Shown here in pieces: positions 1-11,353 of a DNA stretch of 42,053 bases. Below the pieces are notes generated by a model. It made no database searches and had not been told where the DNA came from. It saw only the letters and a list, made by a program, of their open reading frames with translations. The first letter of the stretch is position 1. Every line of letters begins with the position of its first letter. The DNA lies in assembly GCA_002256025.1 (NCBI GenBank), contig NKIB01014611.1:1-42053 (forward strand), given 5' to 3'. The position numbers and the translations under genes are program-made. This stretch comes from Asterionella formosa (Eukaryota).

Positions 1-69
1 AGAAAGATTTTAAATAGTCGAAACATTCGCTGGGCTGATTGGCATGGCCAAACAAGTCCAATCGCAGGT

Positions 70-2167
70 TTGAGGGATTTCAATGTGGAAGGGGACACAG
101 AAGTGGTTGTTATTCCAATTGATGATGAAAAGCAGGACGAAGATGTTCTTCCTGTTGTGCCACCTATCCAGCAGGATATTGATTTGGAAACACCTGTTCC
201 AGTTGCGAAACAAACAAGATTTCAGCTATCCGAAGCAGTGGGGAAGTTAGGTGATGAGATCAACAAAGATGCTTCGAAGAAAGCAAAATTGGAGCGAGAA
301 TTGAAACGCCTTGATGGTTGGAAAGAAGTTACTGGCAAACGCAGTGCTCGGCGCAACTTACAACTAGATGACAAGGATGAAGGATCAATTGAAGAAATAG
401 ATTATTCTGAAGCGGCCTATCAAGATGATGATGAACTATTTCAAAGTGAAGAAGGAGTAGAGAGGTTCTATGCAAATTCTACAACGCTTGCTTCCGATCC
501 TGGGGAGCCAAAGCATTACAAGGAGGCTATGAAAGGAGACGAGAGCAAGCAGTGGACCGTTGCTATTAAAAATGAAATCAACAATTTCTACAAGCGAAAT
601 GTTTGGAAAATGGTTCCTCGTGACAATCTCAAGGGCAGAAAACCCTTAGGCACACGCTGAGTATTCAAGAAGAAATCCGAGCAGGATAAAAGTATTCGAT
701 ACAAAGGACGTACTGTAGTGAAAGGCTACGATCAGATCCCAGGACTGGATTTCACTGATTCATTTGCTCCAGTTGCAACAGATGCTTCAATGCGTATGAT
801 ATTCGCTCTCTCGTTATACAAATTGGATAAGTCTGAACCCCCCCTCGTTATACAAATTGGATAAGTCTGAAGAAATACGATGGGTTTGTGAAATCATTGA
901 TGTTGAAGCTGCTTTTCTTGAAGGAGACATGGAAGAGCAAATCTATATTGAATGGCCAGATGGGGTTTTAGACTTTTGTTTCGAAACACAAGAAACAATG
1001 AAAAACAAATGCATTAAGTTGGAGAAGGCCATGTATGGCACAGTTCAAGCAGCGCTACAATTCTTCAAGAAGATGGTTCAAAACTTAACCAAAGGTGGAT
1101 TGAGGCAAAGCAAGGTCGATCCATGTCTATTCTTCATCAAGGAAAACAATGCACTAATCCTAATAATTGCCACACATGTCGATGATTGTGCAATTGCTGG
1201 AAAGCCAAATGATATTAAATGGTTCAAAAATGAAATCAAGAAACACTTCACAATTAAGGAGCTTGGCCCTTTGAAGAAGCATTTGGGAGTGTGGTACGAT
1301 TGGGGCCAAGATAAAGTGGGACGCTACTTGGAGTCGAGCTTGGAAGATTTTGTGCATGTTATGCTCCAAGATTATCATGATATTTTTGGAAAGTATCCAA
1401 GAGATGCATCAACCCCAGCATTTCCAGGAATTGTTCTCAGAATGAATCCAGACAAAGTGATTCTCCATAAAGAATATCGTTCAATGGTTGGAAAATTGTT
1501 GTATTTTGTGAAGAAAGTTGGACCAATATGCGCGAATGCATGTCGTGAACTTTCTCAACATTTAGAGAATCCAGGTGATGCCCATTGGAGTGCTGTTGAA
1601 CGTTTGTTAGGTTTCATTGCAACTGATGAAAGGAACAGAAAATTAAAAATGAGACCACCACATGAATTACGAGTTCAAGACGTGGTGGACAGCTCATTTG
1701 GGGACAATCCAGATACAAGGAAATCGACAAGTGCATATTGGGGTACGATTGGTGGTGCATCGCTAGTGAATTGGATTTCGAAAGGACAGAAGATTGTTAC
1801 TGTTTCCAGCACTGAAGCAGAGTATGTGGCTCCATCAGATGGATCAAAGGAAACTATTTTTATAATGAATCTACTCAATGAAGTTGAATACGTGGAAATG
1901 CCCAGTATCATTGCAGAAAACAATACAGGTGCAATTTTTCTATCAAAGAATCAGCAGGTTGGTTCACGAACTAAGCACATTGATGTGAGATATCTTTTCA
2001 TTCGAGAAAAGGTGAAGGCTGGGGATATTAGAGTTGACTATGTGAATACTTTAAAGAATCCTGCAGACCTACTTTCAAAGAATGTCACTCAGAAAATTCA
2101 TGACACTCATGCAACCCACATTATGAATGGGACCATGGATTGTTGGTTTCGAGATCAGGGAGGGTGA
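70..2167 (+). pseudogene. Disrupted copia pol (RT-RNase H)
   Basis: TGA at 658-660 replaces the expected Trp of GTRWVFK. A 28-bp duplication (810-837 and 844-871) around a C run adds 34 bp and shifts the frame. RNase H EDN motif reads ENN. The true 5' start lies outside the window. Confidence 0.9.
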
Positions 2168-2642
2168 TAAAATATATGGAATCCAACGAATCGAGAATCA
2201 ATATTTTTAGTAGTGATTAGAAACCAAGACCCAAAACATTTCGACATTTATTGACAAATGACTGGAGATGTTTACTTATTGACAAATGACTGGAGATGTT
2301 ACTTATTGACAAGTGAATCAGATGCTCACTTATTGTCAAAAGAATAAGTGCTGCTCACTTATTGTCAAAGTAAGCAAGATCATTTTCGACGAGATCAAGG
2401 AAAGTGTGAGAAGTCTTGTTCAGGATTACATGAGTAATCAGGCAAGAACAAGACCTAGATAGACTATTAACAGAAAGCTCACAATATTACAAAGTGTAAA
2501 GTGAAAATACGTTTTCAGCTTTAGAGATCTTAAAAGTAAGATCTGTGATATTTCAACTAGACAATTTAACATAACATAATCTGTTGAAAATAAGCTGATC
2601 AGGACTTGAGTTCCTGTAAATTGCTGTTATTCTTTTTAACCA
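2165..2642 (+). repeat. 3' LTR of the copia element (TG...CA; right boundary approximate)
   Basis: Starts with TG immediately after the PPT. AT-rich and non-coding, ends near TTTTTAACCA. The 5' LTR is not in the window to confirm the end. Confidence 0.65.
2248..2370 (+). repeat. Five ~28-bp tandem units inside the LTR
   Basis: TTATTG(A/T)CAA cores at 2248, 2276, 2303, 2330 and 2359; the first units share ATGACTGGAGATGTT. Confidence 0.85.
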
Positions 2643-2679
2643 GTGGGAGTTCCAGGTACTGGGTCTCAATGCTGCAAAC

Positions 2680-2772
2680 ATGATGACTGCTGGGAAATAG
2701 TATGCCAATGTTGTCTGCTTGATCAAGTTTGATGGTGAGGAATCAAACAGGCATGATTGGAGTGTGAATACC
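2680..2772 (+). pseudogene. Probable gag N-terminal remnant of a second copia copy downstream of the LTR
   Basis: Translates MMTAGK*YANVVCLIKFDGEESNRHDWSVNT, resembling the copia gag start pattern (F-D-G..nw..W), ~40 bp after the LTR end. Confidence 0.5.
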
Positions 2773-2799
2773 TGTATACTTTATGTATTATCTCTATTA

Positions 2800-3150
2800 T
2801 ATCTACTGCGGAACCTACGAAAAAGGATTTTTTGGCTGTTCCAAGGCGCCAGGAGAAAACCTATCTGGCCGCTTTGCCCGCCTGCCCCCATCGATGTGGG
2901 GTGCTCGGGTGGCATCATGGGAGGATTCGAACTCCTCAAACCAGTTCATGTACTCAGGAGTGGTTTTGAAGCACCCTGTCATCCATAAATGACCTGGTGT
3001 CCAGTGAGGGACCCTGCCCCTTCACCTGGGCAAGGTAGTGTGAGACTTTCACTCACTATAAACCTGTGTACAGCCCCAGTCTTGACCAGTACGCGGTCTG
3101 CCCTGCCGTCGGAGCATTGGCCCGTGTCTACAAACAGGGGTTGTTTCTTC
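2800..3150 (-). mobile_element. GC-rich, structured non-coding retroelement-like fragment (resembles an RTE-clade LINE 5' UTR / SINE body)
   Basis: Minus strand GGTTTATAGTGAGTGAAAGTCTCACACTACC (3034-3064) and hairpin GTCATTTATGGATGAC, plus several other stems. A diverged partial copy lies on the + strand at 3302-3395. Family assignment is from recalled motif similarity only. Confidence 0.4.
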
Positions 3151-3208
3151 GTTACTACCGGTATGCAAGCAATTCGAAGCTATGCAGTGATAAGCTCTAC
3201 GAACGACA

Positions 3209-3710
3209 ACCAGGAACCTGGTACCTGGTACCAGGTACCCACCATCACTGATAATGGTGTACAGCAGAAGAAGCAAAACAACCAAGCAGGTGCAGCATCA
3301 TGAAACTGCTTGTAGACACGCGCCGCACGGGCTTGGATTTGACAGGGCACGCGACTTGCTGAGTCTGATCATATGAACGCTGCGCAGGGCCCTTATGTAT
3401 GATAGCCACCAGTATTATATCTCATGTACACGATACATAGACATAAATTCCTTCCGGTATGTAGAAGGTACCAGGTACCATGGTATGATGATGATGGAAG
3501 AAAGAGCACCGTTTTGCTCAGTTTGGGTTTCGGATAACTTGGTGGTACCTGATACCTGGTACCAGGGTACCCTACCATCAGCTCGGCACGGAACGACGGT
3601 ACCAGGTACCTGGTACCCTGTAGCTGGTATGCCTTGTACTGGAACCATGCATGTAATGGTACCAGGTACCTGGTACCACCAGGGAAAACAGCTACCTGGT
3701 ACCGGTACAT
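3209..3710. repeat. (GGTACCW)n palindromic repeat cluster upstream of the 4047 gene
   Basis: Perfect palindromes GGTACCTGGTACCAGGTACC 3220-3239, GGTACCAGGTACCTGGTACC 3598-3617 and TGGTACCAGGTACCTGGTACCA 3657-3678; further units at 3467-3485, 3544-3571 and 3693-3708. Confidence 0.9.
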
Positions 3711-4046
3711 AGGGCACCATCCACTTTTATACTTGTTCCGGAACCCCCCCCCCCACACGTATGGCTGCATTACACAACATGTATGTTGCGGTATGCAGGC
3801 CTCAGATTGGTGCTCAAGTACCATATGATACCGTGCAGCATCCCGATTTATTCGTCTGCCTGTCACGAGGACGCCGGATGGAAAAAAGAACAAATGAATC
3901 ACGCCTCCTTCTTGGGAAATTTTATTCTGTTCTCACAATTCTTCCATTTTCAAATTTCGCCCTTAACTACAGATCTGAACGTGAATGTCATTGGTAGAAA
4001 ACCGACTTGGCTTTTACTATTATCAAAGAAATCATAACATCACACA

Positions 4047-4814
4047 ATGTCAAACTTTTCTTCCAACCGCTTCATCTTCTTTGTGTCTCTCGCTGTCATG
4101 GTTTGCATTCATTCCTCAGTTGCGTTTTCGAATTCTCGTTTGTTTTTTGGAAAGAAGTCACTGGGAATTCTTTTGTGGAATTCGCATCGTTGGGGCGATG
4201 ATGTCATGTCAGAACAACGTCTGAAGCACCTCGCAAAACTCAAGAAAGAAGAGTGGGTCCATAACAGTGTAGAATACTATTCAAAGGTAATGCGTGATGA
4301 ACGCCGGAAGGGAGTGCGACACGAACCAGAGATCATGAAACCTATACAACACAAAGAATTTATGCACATGGCAATAAAGCATTACTTCGCTTTGCGCAAA
4401 ATAAAGGATGGAAAGCCCTTTCATGCCGAACGAATCTACCGGAATATCATTGATGAGCTTTCTAATGAGGAAGAAGGAACATGCGACCATTCAAAGCTGG
4501 CTGTGACAACACTATTGTTAGCATTGCTTCTTCAACGATTAGGAGACTTCAAAGGAACCCGCTCTGTCTTTCTAAACTTCTTTCGGATTGCAATCATGGA
4601 CCACGAGGATGATAATAAAGAATGCGTGTGCTCGGCAAAAGTATTGCAGGCATACGCCCTTTTCGAAATGAAACGTGGCAATTCACTGAAAAGCCTAGAG
4701 ATCGTCAATAAGGCAGTGAAACTCGACGACACGCTGGCTCCCATTTTAAAATGGAAGCAATTCAGAGATGCCATGGGGAGAACTAAACAGATCGTGAGTA
4801 AAGTCACAAGTTGA
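4047..4814 (+). CDS. Putative plastid-targeted helical-repeat (HAT/TPR-like) protein, 255 aa, intronless
   Basis: Hydrophobic signal peptide ending SSVA|F (Phe at +1). Helical repeat-like segments such as VLQAYALFEMKRGNSLKSLEIVNKAVKLD. Confidence 0.7.
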   Translation: MSNFSSNRFIFFVSLAVMVCIHSSVAFSNSRLFFGKKSLGILLWNSHRWGDDVMSEQRLKHLAKLKKEEWVHNSVEYYSKVMRDERRKGVRHEPEIMKPIQHKEFMHMAIKHYFALRKIKDGKPFHAERIYRNIIDELSNEEEGTCDHSKLAVTTLLLALLLQRLGDFKGTRSVFLNFFRIAIMDHEDDNKECVCSAKVLQAYALFEMKRGNSLKSLEIVNKAVKLDDTLAPILKWKQFRDAMGRTKQIVSKVTS

Positions 4815-4998
4815 TGAACAATACACTTCTGTTATTTTCATAGGTTCGCTGAAATAAGATATCATAGTAGAATTCTTGTAATAAAAAAGCCATATATCAG
4901 CCAGTACTTGATTCTTGATTAAGCTATGTCAGGGGTATGATGTTGTACATTTGACGATGACCCACACCCATTGCAGTTGGAGAGATCCTAATTTAATT

Positions 4999-6674
4999 TT
5001 AGTAGAGGCGCTTCTCGAAGCTATGAAGACCGTGAACACCGCCCTCTTTCTGCGCGGCCGGTGAACGAATTTCGAAGCGAAGTTTGTCAGCATAAAGCAT
5101 ATCTTGACCCTCTTGGACAGTCTTGATGCCAGCATCTTGAAGCCCGTGACGAATGCCCTGAGACAAATACGGAATGTAACGTCGAAGGGTGCCCTTGTCC
5201 TGTACAGCTCCACTAACACCCTGGGCGACCTTAACCGCTGTAGCCGAATTGTTTTCCCAAACATACCGCTTTTCTCCTCCTTTGCTCATGGCCTCAATGG
5301 ACCCCATTCCTCGGTAGCGCTTGAGACGTACTCCGTCCTGGTAAAAGTACTCGCCTGGAGCTTCGTCTGTCCCGGCCAACATACTTCCCATCATAACGCA
5401 ACCTGCTCCAAGGCACAATGCCTTGGTGATGTGCCCAGTAGACTTGATTCCACCATCAGCAAGGATCGGAACTCCATATTTTCTAGCAAACTTTGCAACA
5501 TGGTACACGGCGCTAGCTTGTGCGCGTCCAACAGCACAAACCTCTTGGGTTGTACAGATGGATCCAATTCCCATGCCGACACGAAGACCATCTACACCAG
5601 CCTGAATCAAGTGAAACGCCTGTGACGGAGTAACGACGTTACCTCCGATGACTTCTAGGTCAGGAAAGGTCTCTTTAAGGTGGGCCACGATTTCCAACTG
5701 GTAGCGAGAATCGCCCTGAGACGAGTCGACGACAAGAACATCAACGCCAGCTTCAACTAATGCAGCAGCACGTTCACGATCTTCGGGTCGAGTTCCAATG
5801 GCAGCTCCAACCAGCAATTGCTTGTTCTTGTCCTTGGATGCAATGGGAAAGTCCCGGTTCTTTTGTAAATCAGTTCGGGCGATCAAAGCAATAAGCTCAT
5901 CATGCTCCCCTACGACAGGAAGCTTTCCCTTTTTGGAAGACTTGAGAATTTCATTGGCATCGGAAAGGCTAATTCCATCCTTGGCGGCGATCAATGCGGT
6001 CCGAGGAGTCATAAATTCCTTAATCTTGACAGTAGGGTCTTCAATGAACGAGGTATCACGGTTTGAAATAATACCCACGAGTTTGCCTCCCATCTTCCCG
6101 GTGTCAGTTATTGGAAACGAGGAGAAGCCCATGGAAGCCTTCAGGCGAAAAATATCTTCGACAGTGTCATCTGGACCAAGACAAACAGGGTCGGTAATAA
6201 AGCCGTTTTTGAATTTCTTGACCTTGCGGACTTCGGCGCACTGGTCCTCAATTGTAAAGTTTGCATGGATGATGCCGATTCCACCCTGAAGAGCCATCAT
6301 AATGGCCATCTTCGATTCTGTGACAGTGTCCATGGGAGAAGAAACGAAGGGAGTGGCAAGTGTGATCTTCTTTGTCAATTTAGAAGTTATGTCGATTTCA
6401 TGAAGAGCCATATGAATGTGGCCGGGCATAACAATAAGGTCATCATATGTGTATGCTACGCAAGCGGGGTTATTGACAAAGACTTGAGTCGCGCTGAAGC
6501 TGTATTGGATGAATGGATGACGACAAGTGGCATACGTGAGAATAGGGATAGAAATAAAAGGATATTTAAATGGCTGTCGTAACACAAGGTATCAATCGTC
6601 GTTGTTTCTCACCCGCATCCTCCCGAGTTAAGCGTTTCCTCGTCGATCTCGTCAATGACTTTTCCATTGATCAT
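4999..6674 (-). CDS. IMPDH: Inosine-5'-monophosphate dehydrogenase, 520 aa; exons 6674-6613 and 6499-4999
   Basis: [17 protein letters not shown] pair, DSSQG, catalytic [27 protein letters not shown]. Intron 6612-6500 (GTGAGA...TACAG) joins [21 protein letters not shown] to FSATQVF in frame. Confidence 0.97.
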
Positions 6675-6976
6675 GGTGGGATGGAAAGAAACAGACATGA
6701 TAATGGGTTGTTCTTTCGGTTGGACGAAGAATTGGATGCAGCTGGTCTTTCGCGGTTGATGTTTGACAAATCAAATCGCATGTTGTGCACGAAGACATGT
6801 TTTGGTGAAGAGCGAAAATGATGACTGGTGCTGGTGTAGTATAGTGAAGCTGCTGATGGCTGCTGGCATTGCAAATATTTCTGTCCCACCGGAACTACCG
6901 GTAAAACACGCACACTAGGTGATGTATAGTTAGTGTACCGGCATCATATTTTTGAAAGACTATATGCACACAAGTA

Positions 6977-7020
6977 TACCTGGGTACCAGGTACGGTACC
7001 TGGTGCCGTATCACGTACCG
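6977..7020. repeat. GTAC/CCWGG repeat cluster upstream of IMPDH
   Basis: TACCTGGGTACCAGGTACGGTACCTGGTGCCGTATCACGTACCG, ~300 bp 5' of the ATG, at the edge of an AT-rich decayed block. Confidence 0.8.
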
Positions 7021-7559
7021 GCATGTTGCGGTGATTCACGTAGGCGGCTGATGGGCAGACACAGGAATTCAAACAGAAATACAGTTTGCTGGAGTGTTAT
7101 CGGTTTTTAAATCAACAAACACTTGTGCAGACCCCTGAAATCAACATTCGCGAAATCAATTTGAGCGAAATGTCTAAGTCCAAAATAAGCCATTTAGAAG
7201 AACAATACCAGTAGTGTAAAACGGTTTAATATACAAGAATTTAGGAAAAGAATTGTACTTTTATTGTTTTAGGCACCTACTACAAGCAAATCATATCAGA
7301 CATTATCAAATTTGTTTCAGACATCAGCAAAATTGTTTCAGTCGATTTCCTGTCAGACGATTTTCTGCCTGACAATTCTTGCTCTTGCTTTGTCACTTTA
7401 AAAAGTATATGCATCTACCACCAAACCTGCTCAGCATGTGCGTATGTACACTGTCGACTTGTGTACATTACAGCAGTGACTTAGCTACTAAAGTGCGTGT
7501 TTTAATATCATACTCTGTAGTACAATGCAGAATACAGTTCCCAATCAATATTGAATGGC

Positions 7560-7980
7560 TGATTGATAAGATGATAATGTGATATTACGATAGGTTTACT
7601 TCGATACATACATCACCAAATATGATGTATAATATTGAATAATGTTATCACATAGCTATGTAATACATTGATCATAGAACTATGGTGATTTAATAAAATG
7701 TTCATGGTATATTTTTAATCAAAATATGATTATATTAAGATAATACAATGATAATAAAATACGATAAATATGTACACAAGTGATAACATTACATCATAGA
7801 AAAAAGATTGATTAATCATAAAGTTTATTTGTTAATACATATATACTCGACTTTAAATATATACAGTAAAAGCAAATAGTTACTATGATAGTATTATATT
7901 GTGAATAGGATCTAAGCATACGGATGCGTTGATATATACATCACCATAATATATATGATTTGTGATATGAATTGATGCAT
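7560..7980 (+). repeat. AT-rich dispersed repeat related to 25600-25790
   Basis: Shared strings ATGATAATGT, CATAG(C/T)TAT..ATACATTGATCATAG and CTAAGC(A/G)TACG in the same order. Confidence 0.5.
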
Positions 7981-9618
7981 ATCACATACCGGTTTCCTCC
8001 ACCATAGTGATTGAGCCTCCTTCTTCCTGCCTGATTTCCATATCTCGAGTTCTGTTGTCATTTTTACCATATACTGTAAAGGTATAATTTCTTAATTGAT
8101 ACCTAAGCCTGGGCAAGCGGAAAGCTGAATTAAAGACTTGGCAATTCATGAAGAATGGGCAGGACATGTTTTCCTCCAAACAAAAGAGGGTGAAACACCA
8201 TAAAGGTGATCATTGAACTGTTCCAATTCCACGATGCTGCTCTTTTGGCCTATGATATGCCGAAACAGCACACCATCAATACAAATGATCCAATACTACT
8301 TGTAAATTATATGATTAAAATTCCAGCACCACGAAGAACACATGTTGATTGTAGGGAATTATCATACAGAAATTAAGTTCTGATATGTGCCCAGGATTCT
8401 CACCTGGTGCTGTTCCACATCAAACTTAAGCAACTCATTAAAAGCAGACCATACTGCAAGCTATATTGAGTCAAAAACTACGATTTCTAGAAAAAGCCAA
8501 CTATCTGTTCAAAGAATCCAAGAAATTAGCGGCATCGGTCCAAAAATCAATTTACACATATTATAACACTAAAACAGCAGCAACACAAGAATTGAGGACC
8601 AAAAGGAAGCAAGGTTCTAACACAATCTAAACTTCCCATACAATTCTCGAGCTGACATGAACAGTGCAGCTATGGAGAAATTCTCAGAGAACAACGCTAT
8701 ATTTTTTTAAAATCTACTTCCACATGAGGGAGTGACCACCACCAAAACAATCCTCCACCACCCCACCTTATATGGGCCATGGAGTGCAATGACCGCAACT
8801 CTAGAAATAGACTAGTAAGAATGCGCTATAAAAATGATTAATTTATGAAAATGTATTGCAGCTATGTTCGCACTAATGAAACCATGAACGTTAGGTTGCC
8901 AGTGCAAGCCACAATCTAAACCAATAGAAATGTTTCTTTTGTTTGGATATGGTCGGAGTCTAATCAACCAAATATCTGATATTTGGTCAATGAGGGGGTC
9001 ATTCTCGAACAAGAGCAAAGCAAATTTGGTCTTGGTTGATGTGGTGGCTAAAATATTTTTGCTTTTTCGACCAACATAATGCATCATTACATGTAATGAC
9101 TCCCAACTGCATTAGGCTTGGTATTTGGTCAATGCAGTTGAGATGCTCTTAAGCAAAACCAGCAAGAAGCAAATGGCAGAATAATCAATATAGATTGGTC
9201 TCAATATTTAGGCTTGATCAGATTAAAGCTAAATATATATTTAGGATCAACAAGCCGGTCGGGTTGGTTAATTAAACGGATATCAAGAAGAGACACATGT
9301 ATACCGGTATATCAATTTGGAATTGGAATCAGAATTGCCGGTAGGAAGTTGTACGTGGAAATAGAAATAGTAAAATTACCGCAGCAACTTGCAGGAACAC
9401 TGCCGGGTACAGGGACTAGTCTCATATACCAGTACCGGTAATCGTTTTCTCAACGGTTCGAAAATGTCCATCAACCCACATGATCACAAAAAAACCAGTC
9501 CAGACAGCTTATTATCGGTGGACAACTTGTACCATCAAGGATTCCAACAGTATAGTAGACTCCCATTCTTGTGCATTGAATAAGCTCCCTGATACTCCAT
9601 ATCTATTCCATCATAATC

Positions 9619-11353
9619 ATGCTTTCAACTGGTTTGTCGCTCGTGAAGGGATTTCTTCCAGATTGGCCCGAGTGGTGCGTGTATGCCCCTCAACCATTGA
9701 CTATTGCAGCTGTTGGCACAGCTGTCTATCGATTTATCTCTTCATGAACTAACCCATCTGCATCATTCATTTGCTTCTGGCTGATGTGAACCAATCGACA
9801 GGGCCCTCGATGTCTTGCTCATCATGACGGCGCTGCTGGCCCTCACACTCGCATTGGCAACCTTCTACACCCCTGACGATGAAAAGGACTCTACTCAGAC
9901 TACTGACAAAGTAGCACTGAAGGCTCACAAGAAACTACACAAGGAGTTCGACGCCTTCAGACACAAGTACATTGTTGTCTATCTTATCATTATGTTGGCA
10001 GATTGGATGCAGGGAACACACATGTACACACTTTATGCTTCATACAACGTCAATATCTCGGCACTGTTCTTGACAGGCTTTTTGAGTGGGGCCATCTTTG
10101 CTCCTTTTTTAGGTTCTGCCGTTGACAAGTTCGGTCGTAAGAGATCGTGCATCGTCTACCTTATCTTGGAAATTATCATTAACTGCATGGAACATTCATC
10201 CACAATGCCCATGCTTTTGATGGGACGCGTACTTGGAGGCATCTCCACAAATTTGCTATTCTCTGCTTTTGAAAGTTGGATGACAACGGAGCATCGTCAC
10301 AGAGGTTTTCCCGAAGAATGGCTGACAAGAACGTATGCAGAGGTGAGTGCCTTTTAGTTTTTGAGTTGCTAAAATAGCTTTTAATAATTTCTGACTTGAA
10401 ATTTGAATGTCAGGCTTCCATTGGAAACGGGGCCATGGCCATCTTGGCTGGAATCGTCGCGCAGATTTTGGAGGATAATTTCGGACACATTGGTCCCTTC
10501 CAGGGTGCGATTGCATTGACATCTTTGGCACTACTCTTGGTATTGGGATGGGAAGAAAATTATGGAGAAATGAAGGAAGGCGATCATGACCAATCGTCAT
10601 TGTACAAGCAGTTCATCGATGGATGGACAACAACTATGACAGACTCAAGAATTTGGAGAATTGGAATGACGCAGGCTCTTAGTGAGGGTGCCATGTACAC
10701 TGTAAGTATGAAGAAAGGAGTTGGTAGGCTGATGTGCTTATTATTGATTGCCCTATGTATCATTTACTGACTCCGGAAAAATGATACTTATTCAGTTTGT
10801 TTTCATGTGGGTCCCAACTCTCATATCACTTAATCCTTCTGGTGGAGTTCCAACTGGGTGTGTCTTTTCAGCCTTGATGATGGCCATCACCATGGGTGGA
10901 GTATTGTTCCCTCCACTTCAGTCACTTTTTTCTGTTCTTGGATCTAAAGCAACTGCCCCAGAAGCATCTGCAGCTTTTATTTACTTACTTGGTAGTATTA
11001 GCATGGCCATCCCAGCCCTATGTCTATCTGGAATGTACTTCACGGAGACCGATTACTTCAATAAGATTATTGCAAGTTTCTTGGTGATGGAATTCTCAGT
11101 TGGTCTCTTCATGCCTGTGGCTGGTACCCTGCGATCAAAGTATATTCCGGATTCCCTACAAGGGGCAATTCTCAACATTTTTAGATTGCCACTCAATGTA
11201 GTGGTTGTAGTAGGTACATATGCTACTGATCACATGCCGCATTCAGAGGTGTACAAAGGTGTGAGCATATGCCTCTTGTTGGCTGCACTTCTTCAAGCCT
11301 CCCTTATTATTGGGGCAAGTGGTGTTTCAGCTAGCAAAGTTAAGAAGGAATAA
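9619..11353 (+). CDS. MOT2: Molybdate-anion transporter, MFS_5/DUF791 (MOT2/MFSD5) family, 480 aa; exons 9619-9674, 9802-10342, 10414-10701, 10796-11353
   Basis: Family motifs LADWMQG, GGISTNLLFSAFESWM, YTFVFMWVP, LRSKYIPD..NIFRLPLN. Three GT-AG introns (9675-9801, 10343-10413, 10702-10795) restore one frame. Confidence 0.92.

Larger units (their letters stand above)
1..2642 (+). mobile_element. Ty1/copia LTR retrotransposon (diatom CoDi-like), 3' portion: end of integrase linker, RT, RNase H, PPT and 3' LTR; inactivated
   Basis: Copia pol motifs in order: EPKHYKEAM..W..AIKNEI, KGYDQIPGLDFTDSFAPV, DVEAAFLEG, LEKAMYGTVQAA, HVDD, then RNase H DSSFGD..RKSTS, SSTEAEY, RTKHIDVRY, NPADLLSKN. Purine tract AGGGAGGG at 2157-2164 is followed by TG at 2165. 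Confidence 0.95.

Noticed and set aside
658..871. Programmed readthrough or frameshift in copia pol
   Set aside because: The stop replaces a conserved Trp and the shift comes from a local duplication. An additional RNase H D-to-N change indicates decay (or assembly error), not recoding.
2248..2370. CRISPR-like array (also considered for 37756-38276)
   Set aside because: Eukaryotic context; the units are degenerate tandem copies without unique spacers of constant length.
3049..3902. Overlapping short ORFs rich in VPGTWYQ/GTRYLVP peptides (also at 37122-37442 and 40352-40976)
   Set aside because: They are translations of the stop-poor palindromic GGTACCW repeat on both strands, not genes.
5104..6582. 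Long antisense ORFs over IMPDH (similarly over Sec23, the coiled-coil gene and the phosphatase)
   Set aside because: Expected shadows of real coding strands; no independent motifs.
6500..6585. ORF-track N-terminus of IMPDH ([10 protein letters not shown]...)
   Set aside because: It lies inside the GT-AG intron 6612-6500; the real first exon is 6674-6613.
8000..9260. Decayed coding sequence here and at 11400-13100, 16700-17900 and 32000-32700
   Set aside because: Looks like TE or gene debris, but I could not recognise any motif well enough to support a call.
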